Source: a virus
Taxonomy: Duplodnaviria > Caudoviricetes
Length of the DNA stretch: 60,868 nucleotides
IMG/VR virus record: IMGVR_UViG_3300035670_000219
Coordinates: 1 to 60,868 of that record
Strand: one strand, 5' to 3'
Part shown: positions 1-9,665 of the stretch, one piece after another
Numbering within the stretch: position 1 is the first letter of the stretch
Layout of the letters: each line of letters starts with the position of its first letter
Notes under the pieces: generated by a model
What the model was told of the DNA's origin: nothing
The model's input: the letters and a program-made list of their open reading frames with translations, nothing else
The model's database searches: none
Position numbers and translations under genes: made by a program

Positions 1-1
1 T

Positions 2-238
2 CTTTACCAATCCCATAGCTGGGTTATCAGGGATACTGCGAGGTCTGCATCTAACGCAGCCACTGTTTATCTGGGCGCGAATAAAGCTGATGCAGAAGTG
101 GACGCATGGCAAGTGGACATACTGTCCAATGGTTTTAAGGTTCGGACAAATACCGGCAGTGATATAAACAAATCCGGGAATACGATGATTTACGCCGCCT
201 TCGCGGAGTCGCCCTTCCAGTATTCCCGAGCCCGCTAA
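2..238 (+). CDS. C-terminal end of tail fibre/virion structural protein (partial)
   Basis: Open frame from nt 2 ending DILSNGFKVR...IYAAFAESPFQYSRAR*, a typical cyanophage tail-fibre C-terminus. Confidence 0.75.
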   Translation, partial: LYQSHSWVIRDTARSASNAATVYLGANKADAEVDAWQVDILSNGFKVRTNTGSDINKSGNTMIYAAFAESPFQYSRAR

Positions 239-295
239 CTTTGCTTGTCAGTGAACAAAATTAAGTTAAAATGAAAGAATCAAATCATAAAAAAT

Positions 296-808
296 ATGTT
301 TGTTCTTGACGGAAAACCTCTATCGCCAGACGTGGCGTTTACTCACGCTGGTATTCAGTACCCTGCAAATTGGTTGCGTCTTGCCACACCGGAAGAACGC
401 AGCGCAATTGGCATTACTGAAGTACCAGATCCCACTCCTTACGACCAGCGTTTCTACTGGGGATATGATCAAGATGGACATTTAATCCCTAAAGACCACA
501 CCCAGCTTGTGGAACAATGGACGGAGCAGACACGTCACACGGCAAACAGCCTCCTGGCACCAACTGACTGGATGGTGATTCGCGAAGCAGATAATGGTGT
601 TCAGATCTCCCCGGAAATTAAAGCCGAACGTGAGGACATCCGTGAAAAATGTGGAACAAAGCTTTCTGCTATAACAGCCACTAACACAACCGATGAATTA
701 GCGGCTTATATAACTAGCTCAGATTATTCAAATTGGAATGATCCAGTTTCTCTCAACGACACAATTGCTATCCCAGACGATGCTGTTGCAAGCGGAGATG
801 CTGTCTAA
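296..808 (+). CDS. tail fibre-associated/assembly chaperone-like protein
   Basis: QYPANWLRL..EER.AIGITE and LLAPTDWMVIR motifs; lies directly after the fibre gene. Confidence 0.6.
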   Translation: MFVLDGKPLSPDVAFTHAGIQYPANWLRLATPEERSAIGITEVPDPTPYDQRFYWGYDQDGHLIPKDHTQLVEQWTEQTRHTANSLLAPTDWMVIREADNGVQISPEIKAEREDIREKCGTKLSAITATNTTDELAAYITSSDYSNWNDPVSLNDTIAIPDDAVASGDAV

Positions 809-838
809 TCACAGTAAAAATAAAGCAATGATTTAATT

Positions 839-1219
839 ATGAGCAAAGTACTTTGGGGTATTCGAAACCTAGATAGGAAGCTCCCCGATAGCAGTGCCTA
901 TCCAGGAGGGGAAGTTACGTCAATACACTGGATTGCTTATCAAGAAGAAGGTAAACACTCAATTAGTACAACAGGTGTAGTAAATCTTGCTCCAGCCAAA
1001 GAAGAAAATTGGATACCTTACTTAAACATTCACAAAGAAACTGCAATCGGTTGGTGTCGGGATGCTATTGGAGCAGATGAAGTAAAAGCAATTGAGGCTG
1101 ACATTTTAGCGCGAACGCAAGAACTTCTCTATCCGACACACGCGTTAGGTTTACCCTGGAACGTGCCAGATCCATTGCCCCCATTACCGTATAGCATTGG
1201 CTATGTAAAGCCAAAATAA
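839..1219 (+). CDS. conserved phage hypothetical protein (tail region)
   Basis: 126-aa ORF with IPY..I....AIGW pattern seen in small phage tail-region proteins. Confidence 0.55.
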   Translation: MSKVLWGIRNLDRKLPDSSAYPGGEVTSIHWIAYQEEGKHSISTTGVVNLAPAKEENWIPYLNIHKETAIGWCRDAIGADEVKAIEADILARTQELLYPTHALGLPWNVPDPLPPLPYSIGYVKPK

Positions 1220-1263
1220 GTTTATTGACCTGATCTAGAGTTATTTTTATTAGCTCTAGGTCG

Positions 1264-2277
1264 ATGTCTATAGAACTCACAGATGCTGCCAGGTTTTTTA
1301 AAGAAGAACAACATCAAATTGAAGCCTGGCAGTGGCTCCAGGGAACTCTTACACAAGAGACCCTGGAAATTTTTGCATCTAAATATCGCACCAAGCCCAA
1401 ACCTGCTGTCGTCAATAACAATAGTTGGGATGGTGTTTATGCCGCAGCGAAACAAGCAGGTGCCAAATTTCCTGAATGCGTTTGCGCCCAATGGGCACTT
1501 GAATCGGGATGGGGAAAACACACTTCAGGTAAGAATAATTACTTTGGCCTGAAAGGATCTGGCTCCACAGTTAGTACTCAAGAATTTATCAACGGTCAAT
1601 GGATCACAATTAAGGCTGGTTTCCTTGATTTTCCAGATTTAACAACATGTGTCGCATATCTTGTTGAACGTTGGTATAAAGACTTTGGCCGTTTCAAAGG
1701 TGTTAATCATGCTCAGTCACGTAATGAATGTTGTGAACTCCTGGTAAAAGAAGGGTATGCAACCGATCCTGAATACAGCAATAAATTAATTCAGATTCTT
1801 GACCGTCAATTACAAAACAGCGGAGCAAAACAAGATCCCATCAACGCTCAGAGCAATAATTTTAATCCCTGGAGCCCCTTTAGTTATAAAATTACACCTA
1901 ATATTACCTACGGCGAGTTAACACTTAACCAAGAAAAACGACGCTTTACTAAGCAATATCAATGTGATACAGCAAAAGAACTTTGTCTGTTTTTGGAAAA
2001 AGTTCGTACACAGTTTGGTGGCAAGCCGTTAATTATTACCAGTGCTTCCCGACCAGAGCCCATCAATACACAAGTAGGTGGCGCGAAAAACAGCGAGCAC
2101 ACTTACGATACTTCGTCAAAGGGAGCCGTAGATTTTTATATTGAAGGCGCTGGGATCTATGCTGTGCAAGAATGGTGTGACAGAAATTGGCCGTTTTCAT
2201 TAGGACTGGGCGCACCAAAAGGATTTGTCCACCTGGGAATTCGACCAGGAAAACCTCGTGTGCGATGGGACTATTAA
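1264..2277 (+). CDS. endolysin: GH73 glucosaminidase plus peptidase M15A domain
   Basis: AQWALESGWG..SGKNNYFGLKG...GYATDPEY (GH73); ITSASR...N.QVGGAKNSEH...AVDF...FVHLG (M15A). Confidence 0.88.
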   Translation: MSIELTDAARFFKEEQHQIEAWQWLQGTLTQETLEIFASKYRTKPKPAVVNNNSWDGVYAAAKQAGAKFPECVCAQWALESGWGKHTSGKNNYFGLKGSGSTVSTQEFINGQWITIKAGFLDFPDLTTCVAYLVERWYKDFGRFKGVNHAQSRNECCELLVKEGYATDPEYSNKLIQILDRQLQNSGAKQDPINAQSNNFNPWSPFSYKITPNITYGELTLNQEKRRFTKQYQCDTAKELCLFLEKVRTQFGGKPLIITSASRPEPINTQVGGAKNSEHTYDTSSKGAVDFYIEGAGIYAVQEWCDRNWPFSLGLGAPKGFVHLGIRPGKPRVRWDY

Positions 2278-2278
2278 A

Positions 2279-2440
2279 GTGAAAAAATACAAAGATAAAC
2301 CACAAAAAGTTAATATTTGCTGGCAAATTGGCGACGAAAAAAAATGCGTGACCCTACCAAGAGATCACGCATATGAAACAAAAGATTGGGTAGAAAGCCA
2401 AGGCGGAACCACGTTCTGGTTTCAACCTTTAGAAAATTAA
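2279..2440 (+). CDS. small hypothetical protein
   Basis: GTG start just after the endolysin stop; 53 aa. Confidence 0.55.
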   Translation: MKKYKDKPQKVNICWQIGDEKKCVTLPRDHAYETKDWVESQGGTTFWFQPLEN

Positions 2441-2605
2441 TCAGCGTTGTTTCGCTTTACCAACAACCAAGGCCAGGCTTTCAATAATTTTGTAAAGAGT
2501 ACCAACGATACTATCGTCTTTGGGTGTTGGTGTCAGCGCACAAATAGCGGAAGCTGCTGCGTGAATAGCAAGCAGTGCCTCGATGTAATCATTAAGTTGA
2601 TGCAT
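2441..2605 (-). CDS. small membrane protein, candidate holin
   Basis: Hand-translated MHQLNDYIEALLAIHAAASAICALTPTPKDDSIVGTLYKIIESLALVVGKAKQR; two hydrophobic stretches around TPTPKDD; absent from the ORF track. Confidence 0.55.
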   Translation of the reverse strand: MHQLNDYIEALLAIHAAASAICALTPTPKDDSIVGTLYKIIESLALVVGKAKQR

Positions 2606-2634
2606 AAATTCTCCTCTCTTTCTTTATTCTATAA

Positions 2635-2874
2635 TCACCTGTCAAATAAAGTATCTATATCTTCTTGAACTGCAAAAAAATCTTCCCAATCTTTTTCCGT
2701 TGCCGGAGAAATATTCACAAGTGACTGTGAAGACAAAGTTTGTGCTTCAAGTTCTTCTTTGTCTCTTTTTTGAGTTTGATTATCAGACATCATAAACTTT
2801 GCATGAAGGAGCAGAGGGGTGTTGTTCACAATAATACTTGAAATTGGTTGATTTTTTAAGTTTTTTTCCAACAA
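2635..2874 (-). CDS. small acidic hypothetical protein (real start probably near 2793)
   Basis: ORF track; fills the gap between neighbours on the same strand. Confidence 0.4.
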   Translation of the reverse strand: MLEKNLKNQPISSIIVNNTPLLLHAKFMMSDNQTQKRDKEELEAQTLSSQSLVNISPATEKDWEDFFAVQEDIDTLFDR

Positions 2875-2901
2875 AAAAAGTTAGAAGTTTTTTTAAAAAG
2901 G

Positions 2902-3819
2902 TCATGGTCTATTTGTTAAAGGTACAAAAATTTCTGGGAAACGATCTGTTTCCTGGTGTTGAGCATTCCAAGCTGTTTGCCATGCAAACAATGAATGGTC
3001 GTGTACAGTATCAAAATAAGAGTCGTCACCAACATCGCATAAAATACCAAAAGCGTCAGTAGAAGTAACAACGCCTCCAATAGCTAGAATGCTTGTATCA
3101 GGAACTGTTACAGAGCCTGTTGAGCCAATTACAAATGGCGTTACAGTTGCGACATACAGATTAGAAGGTAGCGTAACATCAGTCAACACAGGGCTGATTA
3201 AACCTGCTGTTTCTTGTCCAGATTCTTGAAGAACAATACTCCTATCATCATCCTCTAACTCAAACAGAACTTCTGTTTCTGGAAACTCAACGACAAGACC
3301 AACTTCGTAATCAACGGGCTCATTTCTTGTAGAAGAAACACAAATTAAATAAGAGCCTTTTGATAAAGGATAATAACGTTGATCTCCTAAATCTAAACGT
3401 AGCTGCGTAAACTGATTGTATAAACTTGACTGTGCAGCCATTACCGTATCTAAATACGGGAAATAAACTTCACCATTTTGTTTTGTACCAAAAGGAACCG
3501 AGTCTTCTTGAAAGAGAGAGCGTCCTTCTATTGGAATTTTGTTTAAATCGTAAGCAGATATTTGTATGTACTGCGGTTTAGGTGGACCTTTTGTAGCAAT
3601 AATCCAAGCAGGAGAATCAAGTTTAATAACAAACCAATGATTGTAAGTTCCTCCTCCATAACCCCCATTTGATTGTTGAGACGTGTCTGATCTGCCAACA
3701 ACTTTATACTGAGGTCCCAGAGAACCTTTCAGATACCGTAAAGATGTATAGGAAAAAGTACCTAAATTTAAAGGGTTATTTTGTGTTCTTTGTTGTTGAC
3801 CTACAGAATTACGCGCCAT
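2902..3819 (-). CDS. conserved phage hypothetical protein
   Basis: 305-aa ORF overlapping the end of the upstream gene. Confidence 0.6.
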   Translation of the reverse strand: MARNSVGQQQRTQNNPLNLGTFSYTSLRYLKGSLGPQYKVVGRSDTSQQSNGGYGGGTYNHWFVIKLDSPAWIIATKGPPKPQYIQISAYDLNKIPIEGRSLFQEDSVPFGTKQNGEVYFPYLDTVMAAQSSLYNQFTQLRLDLGDQRYYPLSKGSYLICVSSTRNEPVDYEVGLVVEFPETEVLFELEDDDRSIVLQESGQETAGLISPVLTDVTLPSNLYVATVTPFVIGSTGSVTVPDTSILAIGGVVTSTDAFGILCDVGDDSYFDTVHDHSLFAWQTAWNAQHQETDRFPEIFVPLTNRP

Positions 3820-4876
3820 CTCCCACTACATAACACATTTGTTCTTCATCATAATCGAGGTTGTTTTTTAGTAAATGAGGATGCTGTATCGTTGCTTTGA
3901 ACTGACTTTGAACGATGGGATTAAAAGGCAGATCAACAGAAGAATTAAACGAATGCATCAGTTTTTTAGGATCAAAATCAATAACAAACGGCATTGGCAT
4001 CGCTGGTGGATGTAAACGATTCCAAGAAGAAAATAAATGTAATGGATTAACACACTTTGGGTTGCGGCAAGCACGAGTAACAAATCCACTGCCTATATCC
4101 CCCCAGGTACATTGGTAAATTAATTTATGCGGCGTAACATTTGCGGTAACGGTATCCGAATAGTACGAACGGTAAGAAGGCATTTTTATGCGTTTATTTA
4201 TTGATAAGCGAATCTCCCAGCAATCCTGGAACTCACCAACACAAACTTTTGACCAAAGCTTGGAATATCGATTTCTATATTTTGGTTCCAAATAGTTGAG
4301 GTCAAACCCACAAATATTGCTATTTATTTTCTGTACGCAGTGATAACACCAATGTTTCGACTGATCTCGAATTGTATGACCATGTACACAAACGTAGCCA
4401 CGATAGTAACCATGCTTGGCAAGTTCTTCTTTTGATAAGTCTTCAATATTCGCAACAAAACGGAATTCAGTTGGTGAATTCAAAGAAGGTAACAGTTGCT
4501 TTTGATTTTTGTTTTGTCGTTTTGTAAAAGTGTTTTTAAGCTGAGAAGGGCCGTTACCTGTGGGAATGCGTTGTTTTAGTACCAATTCTTTTCTGTTGTC
4601 CCTGGGCATTTCGTTTGGATTTTTGTGAATGACATCCGCCGTTCCCGGATCTTCACCAGTACGCAAGTAGTACACCAAACGATGCGCGACGTAAGGAATG
4701 CGGTACAAGAAAACGGTGTAGTAACCGGTGCGTGGGTTGTAATTCCCCGCTGGCTCCCCGGCAGCATGCCGTGTTGACGATTGCTTCCACACCAAACCAC
4801 TGGGAGTGAGGTCAGATAGTTCCAGGAGGGACTGCAGCTCCCACAGAAGCGGAAGCTGACGGTACTCACGCGCCAT
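3809..4876 (-). CDS. protein with two HNH/His-Me finger-like domains and a Zn knuckle
   Basis: N-terminal TPSGLVW...GYY...AHRLVY..VIH resembles ORF 12582-13115; CVHGH...WCYHC; C-terminal CWE...HKLIY...CRNPKCVNPLHL. Confidence 0.6.
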   Translation of the reverse strand: MAREYRQLPLLWELQSLLELSDLTPSGLVWKQSSTRHAAGEPAGNYNPRTGYYTVFLYRIPYVAHRLVYYLRTGEDPGTADVIHKNPNEMPRDNRKELVLKQRIPTGNGPSQLKNTFTKRQNKNQKQLLPSLNSPTEFRFVANIEDLSKEELAKHGYYRGYVCVHGHTIRDQSKHWCYHCVQKINSNICGFDLNYLEPKYRNRYSKLWSKVCVGEFQDCWEIRLSINKRIKMPSYRSYYSDTVTANVTPHKLIYQCTWGDIGSGFVTRACRNPKCVNPLHLFSSWNRLHPPAMPMPFVIDFDPKKLMHSFNSSVDLPFNPIVQSQFKATIQHPHLLKNNLDYDEEQMCYVVGDGA

Positions 4877-4940
4877 GTCGAGAGGTAATCACGGAACTAC
4901 TGTACCAGGGATGGAGGCTAATTGGTACAAAATTGTCATG

Positions 4941-5318
4941 TATTCACTAAAAGTCCCGTGTTTTGGGGCCTGACAAATAGAGAATACCCCTATTTTTATC
5001 TTATATAAAGCGTTAAGTTACACTTTTGCGTGAATACATTTCCCCCTCACCTTTGTCTTACGCATCTCAAATGAGACACAAACTTGCCAGTGCTCACTCA
5101 TCTATTCACTCAAAAGTGTAACTTAGCGTATTATTAGGGATCAAATGGGGGGTATTCTCTATTTGTCCTGCAGGACTTTTAGTGAATAGATTCCCTGAAT
5201 ACGCGAAAACCCCTGCGGTGACAGGGGTCTGGAGAAAGGTACACTTTTCAGGACTTTTGGTGAATACCTGTTTTTTACCTAAAAACTGTACCCAAACCAC
5301 CGGACTTTTGGTGAATAC
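4941..5318. repeat. nested imperfect inverted repeat plus iterons; candidate replication origin
   Basis: Arms 4941-5036 and 5103-5188 are reverse complements over three blocks; GGACTTTT(A/G)GTGAATA at 5173, 5251, 5302 and inverted at 4941. Confidence 0.8.
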
Positions 5319-5327
5319 CCCAAAAAA

Positions 5328-6656
5328 TCAGGCAAAACTGTACCCGCGTCGCATCCGTTTCTTCTTGGATACAGCCTTGGGTGCCTCCAACTCTGCCTCC
5401 AACTCTGCCTTTGACTCTGCCTTTGACTCTGCCCCTTGGCTCGTCACCTCCTCAAAGATGCCGCCAAACTGAGACGCAATTGTGTCCCACGAGAACTGGA
5501 CATCGGTGACGCGGTCGTAGCAGCGTTGGGCAACGGAGGAGAGTTTGTTGCGGTCCTCGTAGAGTTCTTCCAGGATGGCCACCAGGTGCTCCGTAGAGGG
5601 GCATGGCATCTCACGTCCGTAGTTCGTATCCACATCGATGTGATCGCATCTAATCAGCTCTCCATGACCCTCAAACACCTCTTTGGTGCTGGTATGGTCG
5701 GGCACTACTTGTGCAACACGACAGGCAGCGTTCTCAAAATTGACCAGTTCCCAGCCACCCCCTTTGGTGGTGTTGACACCAACATCAGCGCAGTTATAAA
5801 TCCAGTTCAGCATCTCCGTTGGTACGTTCGGAGGGTTATGGCTGTTGGAGGTCATGATGATGCGTCCGTTCGGATCAAGACCGTTCTTACTCATCTCCCT
5901 GGCAAACAGCGGCATTAGATCCCAGCCCTGGTCCTTGAGTCCCATGTGCATATACAACTGTGCATCGGGACGACCAACCGCAAATTTGGCAAAGGCAGCA
6001 ATCGTGATGTCCATCCGCTTGCGGAATTGATTTCGATTACCGTTCAAGACAATAAAGATGTCTTTTTTTAGACCGAGTTTTTTTCTTGCTTCTTCCTTAT
6101 CAATGGGATAGAAGACCTCCGAATCAAGGCCATGCGGGATCACAGCAATTGGCTTGTGGATACCAGCTTTTACAAATTCGCGAGCACCAAATTCCGTAAA
6201 AGCAATCAATGCATCCCATTCGTTGATATGCGGATCAATTCCACCAAGCCAGTTGTAGCTATCCATGGTGAGATAACCGACAAACTTAAATTTTCCTGCG
6301 CGATGCAAGTCTTCAATGCGTCGGTATTGTTCAGAAACAATCCAAGGATCATTAAGACTGAAGACAACATCAGGCTGTTCCCGCTCGACGATTTCACGAA
6401 TGCGATCTTCGCCAAAGGGTGCTTGCTGGAATCGGTTAGATGCTGGATACATCTTGAATTTTTTTTGCTCCTCTACTGGATCTCCATGCCAGTTACAGGC
6501 AAGCACTACAAATTCAAAGTCGTCCCGCAGCCTGGGCAACACAGCACCAGAGACACGACCAAAACCTGTCATGGCAGCAAAATCTGCAACCCACAGGATC
6601 TTTGTTTTTTTAGTCAAGGTAAATCGAAATACTCTCGATTTACTATACAGAAGCAA
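5328..6656 (-). CDS. GT-B (GT4-like) glycosyltransferase
   Basis: TGFGRV, IPHGLD..F.P, NRNQ.RKR.D, YNCADVGVNTT.GGGWEL..FE.AAC motifs; start may be TTG at 6617. Confidence 0.88.
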   Translation of the reverse strand: MLLYSKSRVFRFTLTKKTKILWVADFAAMTGFGRVSGAVLPRLRDDFEFVVLACNWHGDPVEEQKKFKMYPASNRFQQAPFGEDRIREIVEREQPDVVFSLNDPWIVSEQYRRIEDLHRAGKFKFVGYLTMDSYNWLGGIDPHINEWDALIAFTEFGAREFVKAGIHKPIAVIPHGLDSEVFYPIDKEEARKKLGLKKDIFIVLNGNRNQFRKRMDITIAAFAKFAVGRPDAQLYMHMGLKDQGWDLMPLFAREMSKNGLDPNGRIIMTSNSHNPPNVPTEMLNWIYNCADVGVNTTKGGGWELVNFENAACRVAQVVPDHTSTKEVFEGHGELIRCDHIDVDTNYGREMPCPSTEHLVAILEELYEDRNKLSSVAQRCYDRVTDVQFSWDTIASQFGGIFEEVTSQGAESKAESKAELEAELEAPKAVSKKKRMRRGYSFA

Positions 6657-7002
6657 GCAAAGTTGTTGACCGCACCAGTTCTTTTTCTTCTACGTTTTTT
6701 GCCTTGAGTTTACTTTTAAGGAACTCAGCAGCTTTATGGGTATTTGTAGTATCACCACATGTATAAAGGTCTACTGCACAGTATCCAATCTCAGGCCATG
6801 TATGAATACTAGCGTGTGATTCCGACAGTAATGCAAGGAGCGTAACTCCTTGAGGCTTAAACTTTTCACCAATAATCCGAAGAATAGTAGCTTTTGCCAT
6901 CACAAGAGAAGCTTCCAACAAGCGTTGGAGCTCCTCATAATCATCAAGGATCCCTGGATCGCAATCATAGAGATCCAAGATGAGATGGCGACCGTTGCTC
7001 AC
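6643..7002 (-). CDS. speD: S-adenosylmethionine decarboxylase proenzyme family
   Basis: GRHLILDLYDC, F.PQGVT...LLSESHASIHTWPE.GY.AVDLYTCG with the ESH autocleavage site. Confidence 0.93.
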   Translation of the reverse strand: MSNGRHLILDLYDCDPGILDDYEELQRLLEASLVMAKATILRIIGEKFKPQGVTLLALLSESHASIHTWPEIGYCAVDLYTCGDTTNTHKAAEFLKSKLKAKNVEEKELVRSTTLLASV

Positions 7003-9665
7003 AGTTCTTCAGCAATATTCTCCATTTTCGCACCAGTAGACAAAGATGGGTTGACTCCGTAGAAAGGTTGATATTTCTCAGGATTCGAAGCCACCTCAAC
7101 CATGGAAGGATACCCTTCGTACTTGGTAGGATTTCCGTCTCTCATGCCAACATTAAAGATACGCAAACCATTGACGTTTTTCTTGCTATAGACATTGATC
7201 TTGAGCTGGTGTTTACAGATATCCAAAAAGAGTGGCTCAAAGCGACTGCGTGACATTGTGCCTACATTGCAGCTACGGCAGAACTCAGCGTAGTTGGGGT
7301 ACAACCAAGAGTTCCAGTTGTAGTAATTAGCACCTCCACCGGGGTTTGCTTTGCAAAAACCAATCTGACAACTGTTATTTGGATCAAAGACAAGGTTGTG
7401 CTCCATCCAATCCAACAGAGGATTAGAGCGAAGGCTTTGCATCTTTTCATACTTCTGGAAGAAGTCGACGTGCTTACCGGTTTCCATCAGGTAGAGACGC
7501 ATTTCTTCCTCTGTCATATCCAAAAGCCAATTCACCAACCCTGGCAGAAGAGGAGCAAAAACACCCTGCGGGTTCCCTTTGGAATCAAACTTAATTAGTT
7601 CCCGTTGTTCGGCTTGACCCCCTTCAAAAGGACGATCAAATGGAATGGTAAGACGACGACGGGCAAGACCAGATGTGTAGTCGGTTGATTGGATTGCTTC
7701 GTTAGCAGTAATCATGACCACCCCATGGTACTGGAAGGGATCTTGACTTTCCGACTGATACTTACGTTCTGAACGAATCCAGTCGTTACCTGTAATGGCC
7801 TTTAGTTTAGAAACAGAACCACCCCATCGATCAGCATCCTGGAACAGCAGGAGCTTTTTACCCATGTAACTTGCTGCTTCAAAACGGTTTTTCTCTAGGT
7901 TTTCAAAGTCTGTCGAATAAGCGTTTTGTTTACCGACTAGTGCAACCGCAATGTTGGCATAGGTGGATTTACCCGACTTACCTGGACCAACAATTTCAAC
8001 AAACTTTTGAATTTCATAGCGGCTAAGCAGTGTTGCACGCAGCCAAGCACGGAGAACTTGAGCACGTTCCCAGTTGCCATGTTGCGTATGCTTCAACCAC
8101 TTAATAATTTCTTCACATGTTGCAGCAGGATCATATTCATAAGGCATCTGCTGCGTCATATAAAGTTCTTTCTTAAAAGGAAGAAGTTCTTTAGCCTGTA
8201 CATCTAACACCCCATTGGTAAACAGCAAATAATCAGAGCCGTCATACCAATCACTAAATGGAACCATGCTCTGCAGTTGCAGATACATATCATTGAGTTT
8301 GTTGCTGCTAAAACCTGCGGGCAGAAACTTCATCTCAACAAGTTGTTTCATCTTGCTTCTAATATCACCAAACATCTCAACCTTGGTGAGCGGTGACCAG
8401 AGACCAGTATTTCTTGCGTATACAAAAAACTGACCATGCGTCTGGCTGTAACGCAAATCACCTTCATACATTCCAAAGAGAACGTCTGCTATTTTGTCGG
8501 AGGAAGGATTACGTTGGGAATCCTTGTCTGCTTTAGTTTTATCTTTTTCTTTTTTCTTTTTATTTGATTTTGGTTTTTCAGCCCACTCTACTTTGCCGCT
8601 TTGACCAGCAACGTTTTCAATTTGGTTGACCTGGAGAAGTTGTTCCATTTCTTGGTAAGTTTCTTGATCTAGTTGACTGCAGACTTCAGCACTTTTATCT
8701 AAAAGTTCGTCATCTACCGACAGTGCTTTATGGTCTTGTTTTTGTATCCAGCCTTGTTGTTTTGCGGTATGGATCAAGGTACCTAAACCTCGACCGCCAT
8801 TTTTGCTAAACGAAAGCCAACGTCGATGGCACTCACCTTCTTTGTATTTATCCGATTGAGACGACCATTTATCCCATTCTTCTAGCAATGAATCATCCAA
8901 TCCATGGAGCGTTTGACCAACGATGATCCAAATATCGTAATCATCAGCTGCTTCTGGAGGCATTGCCCATGTTGCTTCCAATGCAGTTTGAATATCACGC
9001 TCTAAACCAGCCGATGTAACGACAGCGAAATTTGCACCAACAAAACGAGAGGTTTCTTCTGCTGGCTTTCCTAGCTTGACATTCTTACCAATGATTAGTG
9101 TCAACAACCAACTTGGGATTTCCGGCAGTTTATCGGCCCATTCAAAACCAAGTCCTTCACCCGTGTGGTAACCTTCGGTTTCTGGGTGGACTCCCATCAG
9201 AACACCTTGGTGTTTTTTCCAAAGAATTTCTAGTTTTTCTTTGTTTTCAGCAGCAAACCAAGCGTATTTGTTCCGCAGAAAGTGCTGTTGTTTTTCTTTT
9301 GGCAGTTTGTAGAGCTTGCGCTCTCTTCCTATTTTGCCGCTGAAGACGGTAAGGGTGGGAGGCAGCGCGTCTTGTAGGGGTAAGCCGCTGAGTTCTTCAA
9401 TAAGGTTGTAGACGCTTGGTCCATCAACATCAACCCAGACCAAACCATAAGGCAAATTATAGATGGGACCACCAAGGACGCCAATTGCTTTGCAGTCACC
9501 TGTGGTAAGTTCTTTTTCAATTTCATCGACTGTAAACGGCTTGTTCTGCCACCCCTGAATGTATGGATCTTTGTTGCCCCCAAGAGGGGTAAGCGGCCAA
9601 TCGATCGGAATTAAATCAAGACGGATTTCGCCGGGCTTAATAGATTGTTGGTGCTGGTTTGTCAT
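6999..9665 (-). CDS. bifunctional primase-polymerase/PriCT-2/D5-like SF3 helicase
   Basis: N-terminal K.P...GW and WVDVDG; PriCT-2 YDIWI.VG..LH...W.KWS.QS.KY; Walker A GPGKSGKST; ITANE and RRRL.IPF. Confidence 0.92.
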   Translation of the reverse strand: MTNQHQQSIKPGEIRLDLIPIDWPLTPLGGNKDPYIQGWQNKPFTVDEIEKELTTGDCKAIGVLGGPIYNLPYGLVWVDVDGPSVYNLIEELSGLPLQDALPPTLTVFSGKIGRERKLYKLPKEKQQHFLRNKYAWFAAENKEKLEILWKKHQGVLMGVHPETEGYHTGEGLGFEWADKLPEIPSWLLTLIIGKNVKLGKPAEETSRFVGANFAVVTSAGLERDIQTALEATWAMPPEAADDYDIWIIVGQTLHGLDDSLLEEWDKWSSQSDKYKEGECHRRWLSFSKNGGRGLGTLIHTAKQQGWIQKQDHKALSVDDELLDKSAEVCSQLDQETYQEMEQLLQVNQIENVAGQSGKVEWAEKPKSNKKKKEKDKTKADKDSQRNPSSDKIADVLFGMYEGDLRYSQTHGQFFVYARNTGLWSPLTKVEMFGDIRSKMKQLVEMKFLPAGFSSNKLNDMYLQLQSMVPFSDWYDGSDYLLFTNGVLDVQAKELLPFKKELYMTQQMPYEYDPAATCEEIIKWLKHTQHGNWERAQVLRAWLRATLLSRYEIQKFVEIVGPGKSGKSTYANIAVALVGKQNAYSTDFENLEKNRFEAASYMGKKLLLFQDADRWGGSVSKLKAITGNDWIRSERKYQSESQDPFQYHGVVMITANEAIQSTDYTSGLARRRLTIPFDRPFEGGQAEQRELIKFDSKGNPQGVFAPLLPGLVNWLLDMTEEEMRLYLMETGKHVDFFQKYEKMQSLRSNPLLDWMEHNLVFDPNNSCQIGFCKANPGGGANYYNWNSWLYPNYAEFCRSCNVGTMSRSRFEPLFLDICKHQLKINVYSKKNVNGLRIFNVGMRDGNPTKYEGYPSMVEVASNPEKYQPFYGVNPSLSTGAKMENIAEEL

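Noticed and set aside
1-1219. Diversity-generating retroelement acting on the tail-fibre C-terminus
   Set aside because: No reverse transcriptase and no template-repeat copy were seen in this window.
5385-5433. 12-bp tandem repeats (ACTCTGCCTTTG/ACTCTGCCTCCA)
   Set aside because: They are in-frame coding repeats (AESK/AELE) in the glycosyltransferase tail.
5106-5472. Track ORFs across the inverted-repeat region
   Set aside because: Their peptides only mirror the DNA repeats (GLLVNT twice) and show no protein-like features.
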